Source: Pseudomonadota bacterium (GTDB taxonomy: Bacteria > Myxococcota > JACRCW01 > JAFGSX01). From it: 64,000 bases of DNA. Where the stretch lies: the NCBI GenBank assembly GCA_043821645.1, contig JBDRCO010000037.1, forward strand, positions 224,001 through 288,000, given 5' to 3'. Both the position numbers and the translations under genes were made by a program. Below the pieces are notes generated by a model that worked only from the letters and a program-made list of their open reading frames with translations, did no database searches and was not told the DNA's origin. Below are positions 1 through 10,100 of the stretch, piece by piece; position 1 is the stretch's first letter; every line of letters starts with the position of its first letter.

Positions 1-3000
1 AACGCACGAGCGCTCCAGCACATCGATGCGGCCTACACCGCCGCCCCGGATGATCTCGGCGTGGCGGAGACCTTGGTCCGGCTGGGTCGCGATGCACCCT
101 CGAGCCCCGCGATCGCGGGCGCCCTCGCCAGGGTCGCCGACGCCAGCGTTCGTGCGGGCGATCCGGCTCGCGCCAAGGAACTCTGGCGCGAGGCGGCGGA
201 GCGACATGAGGATCTCGAGGCCTACGACGACGCAGTCCGAGACCTCGAAGCCATCCTGGATCTGGACGGTCAGGACAGTGCGGCACTGCACCTGCTCGAT
301 CGGCTCTATCTCAAGCTGGAGCGTTCGTCCGATCTCGAGAACATCCTGGTTCGACAGCTCGATCTCGCAGCGAGCACACCGGTCCGTGGAGAGTTGCTGC
401 TACGCCTGGCAGAGCTTCGACGCAGTGCTCTGGGCGACCTGGTGGGAGCCGCCGAGGCCCTGGAGCGCGTCGCGCTGGAGGTCCCGGGCGCTGTGGGGCT
501 GGTGTCCGCGCTGGAGGCGCTCTCTGGCGATCTGGCCAGCGCCACGGCCGCGGATGCGATGGATGCCCGGGCGCGCATCGCGTCCTTGCTGGCACCGCGC
601 TACGAGGCCAGCGGTGACGTGGCCAAGCTGGTCGAGATCCTTGAATCCCGGCTCGATAGCGTGACTGACGTCGACGAGCGGCGAGGCTTGATGCTTCGCG
701 TGGCCAAATTGCGCAGCGAGAACATGGGACAGCCCGAGAAGGGCTTTGCGCTGCTATCGCGGGCACTCAAGGAGTGGCCCGCGGACGATACCTTGATGGG
801 TTCCGTCGAACACCTGGCCCGCGAAACGGGAGACGTCGAACTCCTGATCGGTCTGTACGAGGACATCGCTGACGTCGAGTCGGATCGGGCGCTGGCCCTG
901 CAATACCGACGTCGGATCGCGGTGCTGTGTCGGGGTCCGCTCAACGATCCCCAGCGCGCCCTTGGCCACTACGAGCACGTGCTGGACTTGCTAGGTGTGC
1001 CCAGTGAGGACGACGCGGAACAGCGTCAGGTCCGGGTGCAGGTCGTCGCGGCGATGGAAGACATCGCGCGATCTCTTCAGGCCTGGAGTGCTCTGGCCAC
1101 CGCGCTCAAACGCCGAGCTCAGCTCGACACCGATGCTGCCCACCGCCGCCAGGCGGCACTCGAGCTGTGCCGCCTGCAACTCGGCCCCCTGGGCGACACC
1201 GGCGGGGCGCTGGGCCTGGCGCGCGGTCTGCTCGAGGTGAATAGCGCCGATATCGAGGCTCTGGACATCGCCTGCGATGCGTCCGAACGCCAGAACCAGT
1301 TCGAGCTCATGGTGGAGTTCCTGCGCCGCCGGATCGACCATGCACCGGCAGGTCCCGCCCGGCTCGACCTCCGTTTCCGGCTCGGCAAGGCGCTCGATGA
1401 ATGGCTCGACCGCCCTGATGATGCCATGATCGAATTCTCGGCGGTCCTCGACGAGGATCCTCACCACGAGGTGGTCCGAACTTATCTCGAGCAGCGCTTG
1501 CAGCAGCAGGGGAGACCCCTGTCGGTCAACGCGCTCGAGTCCGCCTATGCCAAGACGGGTGACTGGAAGAAGTCCATCGAGGTGCTCGAGGGTCAGGTCC
1601 AGGAGGCCGAGAAGCGCAATGACCTGGCAGCCATGCGCTCGACCCTGCTGCGCATCGGTGACATTTACACGCGGCAGATGGAGAGTCCCGAGCTGGCCTT
1701 CGTGGCCCTGACCCGTGGCCTGCGCGCCGAGCCCGGCGAGGACGCGCTGCGCGAGCGCCTGCTGGTCCTGTCCCGCGAGCTCGATACCCTCGACAACCTG
1801 GCGGAACTCTACGAATCGACCGCCGAGAGCGCCGTGGGCCTTGGACGCGGCGAGGTGGCCTCCGAATTGCTCGAAGCTGCCGCGGCGATCTATGCCTTCG
1901 AGCTCGACGACACAGATCGTGGCCTCGCGCTGTTCGAGGAGGTGCTGGCCAAGCACCCCGGCCGGATCGCGACCCTGGCAGGGCTGGATCGTCTCTACGA
2001 ACAGCTCGAGCAGCACGACAAGCTCGAGGTGACGCTGCGAAAGCGCCTGGCTCTCACCGAGGAAGCCTCGGAGCGCGTCGAGATCCTCTACCGCCTGGGT
2101 CTGGTGTTGGCGGACCACCTGGATCGCTTGGCCGACGCGGTGCCGGTGCTCGAGCGGGTGCTGGAGAGCGATCCTGGCCATGCTGGATCCCGTCACACCC
2201 TCGCCGAGCTGTACGTCGCTGTGGGCGAGAACGACAAGCTGCAGCGGATTCTCGAATCGTTGCTCGAGGACGCACACCGTGCCGAGGATCAGGGTGAGGA
2301 GATCCGGCTACGAACCTTGCTGGCGCGGGTCCTTGACCAGGTCAGCGACATCGATGGCGCCATCACGCAGTGGGAGGCGCTGGGAGAACTGGACCCGAGC
2401 AATTTCGAGGTCCTCAACGCGCTGGAGGAGCTGTATCCCCGGGCAGGTCGCTACGAGGCCTTGCGTGTCCTGCTCGAGCGTCAGATGGAGTTGACGACGG
2501 ACAACGCGCGGCAGGCCGAGCTGTCGTCCAAGCTGGGTCTGCTCCTCGCCGAACAGCTGGGTGATCGCGAGACGGCGGTCGCGCGCTTCGAGAAGATCCT
2601 GGAGCAGGATCCGCGCAATCGCAGCGCCCTCGATGCCCTGCGGCGCATCTACCGCAGCATGGAGCACTGGGACGACCTCATCGGGGTTCTGCGTCGTCTG
2701 TTGCGGCTTCAGACGGATGCCACCGGGGTCAAGCAGGTGCGCTTCGAGCTGGCAGAAGTGCTGGGGACCCACCTGGACCGCCGCGCCGACGCCATCGAGG
2801 CCGGTCGCCGGGTGCTCGACGTCGAGCCGCACACGGAAGATGAGCTGACGCGCCTCGAGGCGGTATTCCGGGTCTGTGAGGCGTGGGAGGAGTGCGCCGA
2901 GACCCTGGACCGGCGTGTAGATCTGGCCACGGATCCTGCGGCGCAGATCCCGGTGCTGTACGAGGTGGCAGCCCTGTGGGAAGGCCCCATCGGCCGACCC

Positions 3001-6000
3001 GAGTCGGGAGCGCGTGCCTACGAGCGCATCCTGGCGATGCAGCCCGGCGACGATCGGGCCTACCTCGCACTGACTTCGATCTACACGCATGCCAACGAGT
3101 GGCGCAAGCTGGTGGCACTCAAGGAGGCACGGCTCACCGCCGTCGAGGAACGCCTCGAGCGCATCGCGATGCTCAAGGAGATCGGAGAGATCTACGAGGG
3201 GCGTCTGGCCCAGAAGGATCTCGCCTTCCTGGCCGCGTGTCGCGCCTTCCGTGAGGACGTTCTCGATCGCGGTTGCGGCGACTGGATGGAGCGCCTGGCC
3301 GTCGACACCGACAGCATCGAGGAGCTCCTCGACGTTTACGACGACGAGGTTCAACGTGTTGGCGACGAGCAGCGCGCCATCGAGATCCACCTGCGCATGG
3401 CGGATCTCGCGGCCAACCGGCTGTCGGACGTCGACGCGGCGGAGTCGCACCTCAATCGTGTGTTCGAGTATGACGCGGGCAACCGCGATGCTCTGGAGCA
3501 GCTCTTTGCCCTCTACGAGAAGCAGGATCGCTGGGAGGAGGCCATCGCCGTCCTCGAGCGCAAGGCGGAGCTGGCTGAGGACCTGGATACCAAGAAAGCC
3601 CTGCTGTTCAAGATCAGCCAGGTCCATGAGGAGCGCCTGGATCATCCCCAGGAAGCCATCGAGGTCTACAAACGCGTCCTCGAACTCGATGGCGCGGACC
3701 AGCGCGCAGTTAACAGCCTGGCCCGGCTGTACGAGGAGATGGGCAAGGACCAGGCACTGATTGGCGTGCTGCAGCGTGCCATCGAACTGGAGCCGGATCC
3801 GCAGGAGCAGCTCGCCACCCGGTTCCGGATCGCGACGATCTGGGAGAACGAGCTTGACAATGCCGAGCAGGCCATTGCCACGCACCGCACCATCCTCGAG
3901 CTGGATCCCGCCCATGGTCTGTCGCTCAAGGCGCTGGAGCGCATCTACACGCAGCTCGATCGCATGTCCGAGCTGCTGGGCGTCTACGAGAAGCAGGTCG
4001 CCCTGGCCGAGTCCATCGAGGAGCAGGTCAAGCTGCTGGCCAAGATCGCCGGCATCTGGGAAGACCGCTTTGACAATGTCGAGCAGGCCGTGGCGGCGAC
4101 CGAACGCATCCTGCTCATCCAGCCGAGCAACGAGGCTGCGCTCAAATCCCTGGAGAGGCTGTTCCGGCAAACCGCGAACTGGCCGCGCCTCATCGATGTC
4201 ATGCGGCAGCACATCGCCCTGACCCGGGACCCGGAGGAGATCGTCGCGCTCTATCTCGAGGTCGGCGAGATCTACTACCGAGATCTCAACCGAGCGGACA
4301 AGGCCGAGGAGATGTTCAACGCCGCGATGGATTTCGATCCGAAGTCACGGCGCGCCATCCATGCCCTGGGTCAGCTCTACGAGCGTTCTGGGAACTGGTT
4401 CAACGCCCTGGAGAAGCTGGCACAGGAAGTGGACCTGCGTGGTGCCGACGAGTCGGCAGTCGAGATCCACTACCGCATGGGCAAGATCAACGAGGACATG
4501 CTGCTGGATACGCAGAGCGCACGCGCCAGCTACGAGCGCGCACTGGACCTCGAACCGACCTTTTTGCCTGCCATCAAGGCCCTCAAGGAGATTCACTACG
4601 CGGCGCGAGACTACGAGACCTACCTCAAGTATCTCAACCTCGAGGCCGAGCACATCGACGACGAGCAGGAGAAGACCGAGCTTCATACCCAGGCTGCGAA
4701 GTTCTTGCAGGATCGCAGTGGGGACCTCGACCGGGCCTACGAACACTACGAGCTGGCCCTCAGCCATACCCCGGACCATCTGCCCGCAGCCATTCCGGCA
4801 GCGGACATTGCCTTCCGCAAGGAAAACTTCGAGCGAACGCGCGAGCTGCTGGAGATCGTCGTCGAGAAGCTCGACCCGGGGACCGAGACCGAGGAGCTGG
4901 TCCGGCACCAATACCGCCTGGGCTATGTCAGTCAGAAGCTGGGGCATGACGGTGAGGCGCTCAAGGCCTACCAGCGGGCCTTCGAACTCGACTCGACCTA
5001 TCTGCCGGCGCTCGAGGGCTACGGCCAGGCTCTGGTCAGCGCGCAGCGCTTCGAGGAAGCACAGAAGGTCTATCAGACCCTCCTCATCCACCACCGCGAC
5101 TCGCTCACCGACGCCGAGGTCGTCGACTACTACTGGCAACTCGGCGACCTCAGTCGAAAGCTCGAGCAGAACGAGCGCGCGCTGCGCAACCTCGAAAAGG
5201 CGCTGGAGCTGGATCCGTCCCATGCTCCGAGCCTGCGCCTGCAGGCCGAGGTCTTCGAGGTCGAGGACCAGCTGGAGGAAGCCTATGACTCCCTGAGCCA
5301 GCTCGCCGCGGTCCTTGGTGGCGATGACAAGGTCGAGATCCTGCTGCACATCGGCCGGCTGTCGCAGAAGAAGCTCACCGATCCGTATCGCGCCATCGAC
5401 GCCTACGAGGACGCTCACCGGCTGCGGGGTGACGACAAGAGTGTGCTCGAGGCGCTGTACGAGCTGTACCAGGAGACACGCCAGGGACCCCGCGCCGCTG
5501 AGGTCCTCGAGGAGCTGGTCGCCGTCGAGCCCGATGAGCAGACCCGGGTCCGGCTCAACCATCAGCTGGGCGAGATCTTCCGCGACGAAATCAAGAACGA
5601 CCACAGAGCGGCACAGTACTTCAACGCCGCTCTGGATCTGGATCCGACCTACGTGCGCTCCTTCGAGGCCATCGAGAAGTTGCTCACGGCGCGCAAGCAG
5701 TGGGCGCTGCTCGAAGAGAACTACCGGATGATGATCCAGCGCACACCCAAGGAGAACATCAAGGTCCGCACGGTCCTGTGGAAGAATCTGGCGGAGCTGT
5801 ACCGTCGGGTGCTCAAGAACGGCGAGGCGGCGATCCAGGCATACAACGTCCTGTGTGCCATGGATCCCAACAACCCGGAGTACCTCGAGACCCTGGCCGA
5901 GTTGATGAGCCGCTCACCCGAAAAGATCGATGGCGCCATAGGTACCTACCAGCAGCTTGTGCCCCTGAGTGCGGAGCCTGCGCGCGCCTGCCATGCGCTC

Positions 6001-6957
6001 CGTCGGCTCTATCTGTCCAGGCAGATGCACGATCGTGCCTACTGCGCGGTGTCGGCCCTGCGCATCCTGCGTGACGTCGATGAAGAGGAGGAGAAGCTCT
6101 ACGCCTACTTCCAGAAGTACGCACCTCAGAAGGCACAGCGGGCGCTCACCGATCGGCTATGGGAAGCACTGCTGGTGCACGAGAATGCCCAGGGTCACCT
6201 GGCCACCGTGTCCACCTTGCTGTACAAGCACGCCGGTCGCGAGTTGCTCGAGGATCCCAAGGAACTGGGCCTGGGCAAGAAGAGAGAGTGGGATCGCGTC
6301 GCCAGCTCGGCCTACTTCGCAACCCAGCTTCATTACGTCCATCAGGTGCTCAACACGCCGCAGTACGAGATCTACGCCAAGCACAAGAGCGACAGCGTGC
6401 TCACCGTGCTCCCCACGCCGTCACCGACCCTGGGTATCGGCGAGACCAATGACCTGTTCAAGGACGTGCCGCCGCGGCACATCTGGTTCGTGTGCGCGCG
6501 CATTCTGACCTACAGTCGACCTGGATTCCTGCTCCCCTTCGTGCTCGGACCCGCGGACTTCGCCGCTGCCGTCGAGGCGGCCTTCCTCTTCGCTGAGCCT
6601 CGTTTCCAGGGGCGTTCGGACCCCGAAGACGTGGCTCGCCTGGGGCGCCGCATGGCCCGGGTCAAGGAACCGCTGGGAGATGCCATGCGCGCGGTGCTCA
6701 AGAAGATCCTGGGTGAGCGCAAGCGTCCCGACGTCAATGTCTACTTCGAGGGCATGGAACTGACGGCGATCCGCGCCGCCCACCTGATGTGTGGTGACGT
6801 CGACGTGAGCACACAGATGCTACGGGCACGCGACCCCGGCCACATGCAGCTGCAGTACAAGGCCAAGATGAAGGAGATCCTGCAGTTCACGGTGAGCGAG
6901 CCTTACTTCGAGCTGCGGCAGAGGCTGGGGCTGGCGATCAAGGGCCAGGGGTCCTGA
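1..6957 (+). CDS. Giant tetratricopeptide-repeat protein, AgmK-like (adventurous gliding motility); 5'-truncated by the window edge
   Basis: Frame is open from base 1. More than 2300 aa of TPR-like helical repeats (e.g. AIEVYKRVLELDG, ALERIYTQL). The C-terminal region ending ...FTVSEPYFELRQRLGLAI resembles myxobacterial AgmK-type TPR proteins. Confidence 0.8.
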   Translation, partial: NARALQHIDAAYTAAPDDLGVAETLVRLGRDAPSSPAIAGALARVADASVRAGDPARAKELWREAAERHEDLEAYDDAVRDLEAILDLDGQDSAALHLLDRLYLKLERSSDLENILVRQLDLAASTPVRGELLLRLAELRRSALGDLVGAAEALERVALEVPGAVGLVSALEALSGDLASATAADAMDARARIASLLAPRYEASGDVAKLVEILESRLDSVTDVDERRGLMLRVAKLRSENMGQPEKGFALLSRALKEWPADDTLMGSVEHLARETGDVELLIGLYEDIADVESDRALALQYRRRIAVLCRGPLNDPQRALGHYEHVLDLLGVPSEDDAEQRQVRVQVVAAMEDIARSLQAWSALATALKRRAQLDTDAAHRRQAALELCRLQLGPLGDTGGALGLARGLLEVNSADIEALDIACDASERQNQFELMVEFLRRRIDHAPAGPARLDLRFRLGKALDEWLDRPDDAMIEFSAVLDEDPHHEVVRTYLEQRLQQQGRPLSVNALESAYAKTGDWKKSIEVLEGQVQEAEKRNDLAAMRSTLLRIGDIYTRQMESPELAFVALTRGLRAEPGEDALRERLLVLSRELDTLDNLAELYESTAESAVGLGRGEVASELLEAAAAIYAFELDDTDRGLALFEEVLAKHPGRIATLAGLDRLYEQLEQHDKLEVTLRKRLALTEEASERVEILYRLGLVLADHLDRLADAVPVLERVLESDPGHAGSRHTLAELYVAVGENDKLQRILESLLEDAHRAEDQGEEIRLRTLLARVLDQVSDIDGAITQWEALGELDPSNFEVLNALEELYPRAGRYEALRVLLERQMELTTDNARQAELSSKLGLLLAEQLGDRETAVARFEKILEQDPRNRSALDALRRIYRSMEHWDDLIGVLRRLLRLQTDATGVKQVRFELAEVLGTHLDRRADAIEAGRRVLDVEPHTEDELTRLEAVFRVCEAWEECAETLDRRVDLATDPAAQIPVLYEVAALWEGPIGRPESGARAYERILAMQPGDDRAYLALTSIYTHANEWRKLVALKEARLTAVEERLERIAMLKEIGEIYEGRLAQKDLAFLAACRAFREDVLDRGCGDWMERLAVDTDSIEELLDVYDDEVQRVGDEQRAIEIHLRMADLAANRLSDVDAAESHLNRVFEYDAGNRDALEQLFALYEKQDRWEEAIAVLERKAELAEDLDTKKALLFKISQVHEERLDHPQEAIEVYKRVLELDGADQRAVNSLARLYEEMGKDQALIGVLQRAIELEPDPQEQLATRFRIATIWENELDNAEQAIATHRTILELDPAHGLSLKALERIYTQLDRMSELLGVYEKQVALAESIEEQVKLLAKIAGIWEDRFDNVEQAVAATERILLIQPSNEAALKSLERLFRQTANWPRLIDVMRQHIALTRDPEEIVALYLEVGEIYYRDLNRADKAEEMFNAAMDFDPKSRRAIHALGQLYERSGNWFNALEKLAQEVDLRGADESAVEIHYRMGKINEDMLLDTQSARASYERALDLEPTFLPAIKALKEIHYAARDYETYLKYLNLEAEHIDDEQEKTELHTQAAKFLQDRSGDLDRAYEHYELALSHTPDHLPAAIPAADIAFRKENFERTRELLEIVVEKLDPGTETEELVRHQYRLGYVSQKLGHDGEALKAYQRAFELDSTYLPALEGYGQALVSAQRFEEAQKVYQTLLIHHRDSLTDAEVVDYYWQLGDLSRKLEQNERALRNLEKALELDPSHAPSLRLQAEVFEVEDQLEEAYDSLSQLAAVLGGDDKVEILLHIGRLSQKKLTDPYRAIDAYEDAHRLRGDDKSVLEALYELYQETRQGPRAAEVLEELVAVEPDEQTRVRLNHQLGEIFRDEIKNDHRAAQYFNAALDLDPTYVRSFEAIEKLLTARKQWALLEENYRMMIQRTPKENIKVRTVLWKNLAELYRRVLKNGEAAIQAYNVLCAMDPNNPEYLETLAELMSRSPEKIDGAIGTYQQLVPLSAEPARACHALRRLYLSRQMHDRAYCAVSALRILRDVDEEEEKLYAYFQKYAPQKAQRALTDRLWEALLVHENAQGHLATVSTLLYKHAGRELLEDPKELGLGKKREWDRVASSAYFATQLHYVHQVLNTPQYEIYAKHKSDSVLTVLPTPSPTLGIGETNDLFKDVPPRHIWFVCARILTYSRPGFLLPFVLGPADFAAAVEAAFLFAEPRFQGRSDPEDVARLGRRMARVKEPLGDAMRAVLKKILGERKRPDVNVYFEGMELTAIRAAHLMCGDVDVSTQMLRARDPGHMQLQYKAKMKEILQFTVSEPYFELRQRLGLAIKGQGS

Positions 6958-7140
6958 GCGAGCGCGGCCGCGCAGGGATCGTCGACGCGAGGTCTGACCC
7001 GGCCATCCGCAGCGCCGGGGGGCTGTCGCCGTCCCGCAAAGCGTCCGGAAATCAGCAGGGTCCAGCGTTCTCCCAGCAAGGACCGGGCGGTCGGTGAGGG
7101 CGTGGCCCCGGGCCTGCTTCTTTCACGCCGCCATGGGTCG

Positions 7141-7146
7141 TATAGT
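7141..7146 (+). promoter_or_regulatory. Putative sigma70 -10 element (TATAGT) for the RCC1-repeat gene
   Basis: TATAGT lies about 35 nt upstream of ATG 7182; the -35 element is poor. Confidence 0.35.
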
Positions 7147-7181
7147 GGGGGTCCCTGATGCGACTCGAGATGAGGGGTGAC

Positions 7182-10100
7182 ATGAGATCGTTCACGACAT
7201 TGATGATCTGCATCGCCGCAACCGCCAGCGTGGCCTGTCAACCCGTGCTTCACCCCGAAGTCAAGGAACCCAAACCGGCCAACAGCGCGGACATCTGCAT
7301 CGCACCCGGGGCGCCGTCGAACCTTCGAATCGAGGTTCAGGTCGATGGCATTCTGGTGTCCTGGGACAGCGGAAACGGCACGGCGAGTGGCTACGTGGTC
7401 GAGCGTCGCCTGTTCCTCGATCCGACCTGGGGTGAACTCGTGCGCGTGGCCGCGGGTGAGACGAGCGTGCTCGATCAGAACAACATCCTGCTCGACGCCC
7501 AGTATGGCTACCGGGTGCTGTCCTATCGCACCGTCGAAAGCACGGGGAACTCCTGCCTTTCGGATCCCACCGACGAGGCTGTGGCCACCACCTTGCCGCG
7601 CGTCCCTGAAGATGCGGCGGCGCACGCCTTTGCAGACCGCATCGAGCTGAGCTGGCGCGACGTGAATGACTTCGAGACCGGGTACCTCATCGAGCGCCGG
7701 CGCCGTCACACCGACCGCAGCTTTCTCGAGGTGATGCAGCTCGGGCGCAACGACGAGCGGTGGACGGATACGGACCTGGTCGCGGGCGACACCTATGACT
7801 ACCACATCTTCGCGCTCAACCGCACCGGGCGCTCCAATGCCGTGCTGGTATCGGCACCCGCCACGACGTCAACCCGGGTTCCACGCCCACCGCAGCTCTC
7901 CTGGTCCGCGGCTCCCTATCTCGACACGCAGTGCGTGCTGCAGCTCGAGGCGCAGGCGGTATTTGACACCGACCTCGGGGCGGCCTACGACGCCGACCGT
8001 TCCAGTTTCAGTGCCCCCCCCCTGACCTCGCCCGCGGTGACCAGCGTGGCCGAGGGCAGCGATCGCTACGCACTGTCCGCAGCCAACACCAGCCTGGCGC
8101 AGGGGCAGGTGCTCGCGTCCTGGGAGGTCTGGGACACCCTGGAGGGCGGCGCCACCCTGCAGCGCAACCTGCTCTTACAGCGCAACTCGGTGCAACGTGC
8201 CCGCGAGCGCCTGCCGCGACCCCAGATCGGCGATGACGACGGAGCAGGGCGTCAAGCCCTCATCCCGGGCTGCGCATCCTGTCAGGGGCGTCGCGGCTCA
8301 CTCGCCCTGGGCTGGGATCACGTGTGCAGCCTCACCGACCAGGGCCAGGCCCAGTGCTGGGGTCTCAACCACGTCGGACAGCTGGGCAATGGCGTGGCCG
8401 CCTGGACCAGCAACTCGGCGGTGGTGTGCTCTGGCGACGTGGGTCAGCCCTGTGCCAGAACGCTGCAGAACGTGACCGCGCTCGATCTTGGCGAGGGCTC
8501 GACCTGCGCCGTGACCGAGGACGGCGAGGCACGCTGCTGGGGTGACAATGGCGACGGGCAGCTCGGCGACGGCTTCTGGGGCGAGGAGAGCGCCTCGGTC
8601 CCGCAGACCGTGTGCCAGGGTGGGCAGCGTCGGAATGGCACCTGCGTGTCGCTGGACAATGTGGTCTCACTGAGTGCGTCCTCGGGCTACGCCTGTGCCG
8701 TCACCGCCGACGGCGGCGTGCGCTGCTGGGGTGACCAGGGCGACCATCTTGGTCAGGGGTACATGGACGACGCCTACAACCCCACCCCGGTGTGCTCCGG
8801 GGACGTCATCTCGCCCTGCGGGGCTGTCCTCGACCAGGTCGCAGAGGTGTCGGTGGGCTACGGCTACAGCTGCGCCCTCAAGCAGGATGGTTCGGTCTGG
8901 TGCTGGGGCTACAACTCCTCCGGGCAGACGGGCAATGGATCCGACGACCAGCTGTCGATCCCGCAGCCTGTGTGCGTCCAGGGCGTGGCTGCCGAAGGGA
9001 CCTGCGTGCCGCTCACGGGCGTACTGGCCCTGGAGTCAGGCAACAACCACAGCTGCGCACTGGTGGCGGGTGGCATGCTTCTGTGCTGGGGCTCGAACAG
9101 CAGCGGGCAGCTCGGGGATGGGGGAGACGACAATCGCTTCAACCCGGCTCCGGTCTGCCTCACAGGCACCTTCGACGACGAGACCTGTGTGCCCCTCACC
9201 GGTGTCGAGAGCTTCTCTCTTGGATATGGCTACACCTGCGCCGTGCGCACCGGTGGCGAGCTCCTGTGCTGGGGCTCCAACTCCGGCGACCTGCTGGGGA
9301 CCGGGCTCAACACCGGCTCCAAGAATCCCGCGGGCGCGTGCATGGGCGGCGCCTGGGACGGGACGACCTGCACTGACGAGTTTGGCCTGGTCTATGACCG
9401 CTTTGACAGCGTCGAATCGGTCTTCGCCGGCGATGACCACACCTGCGCGATTCGCACCGACGGCTCGCTGTGGTGCTGGGGCGACAACTACTGGGGGCAG
9501 CTCGGCGATGGTACCGGCGTCAACCGCGAAAGTCCGGTCGAGGTCTGCCTGACGGGAAGCCAGGACAGCTCGGATTGCGTGCCCCTGGCTGGCGTGGCGG
9601 AGGTGGTGAGCGACGACTACGCCACCTGCGCGCGCCTCGACGACACCAGCGTTTGGTGCTGGGGCTCTGCGTCCTATGGTCGCCTGGGTATTGGCACCAT
9701 GTCGTCGTGGTACCCCAACCCCGAGCCGGTGTGTGAGAGTGGCACGGGTGGCTCCTGCGTCCCCCTGACCGGCGCCGTCCGCCTGGGCGCGGGCTGGGCG
9801 CGGGCCTGTGCCCGCCTCGACGACGGGCGACTGGTGTGCTGGGGGGATTCCACCGACGGACGCCTCGGTGCGGGCAACACCACGGACGTCAGCAATCCCA
9901 TCGACGTCTGCCTGACCGGCGAGACGGGCGTCGACTGCGTGCCCCAGACCGATGTGGTCGGGCTCGACATGAGCACCACCCACTCGTGCCTGATCAATGC
10001 CGACCACGAGCTCCTGTGCTGGGGCACATACTCCACGGGCAACCTGGGCACCTTCATCGCCAACACCGTGCCCCTGGCCCTTCCCGTGTGCGCCCAGGGT

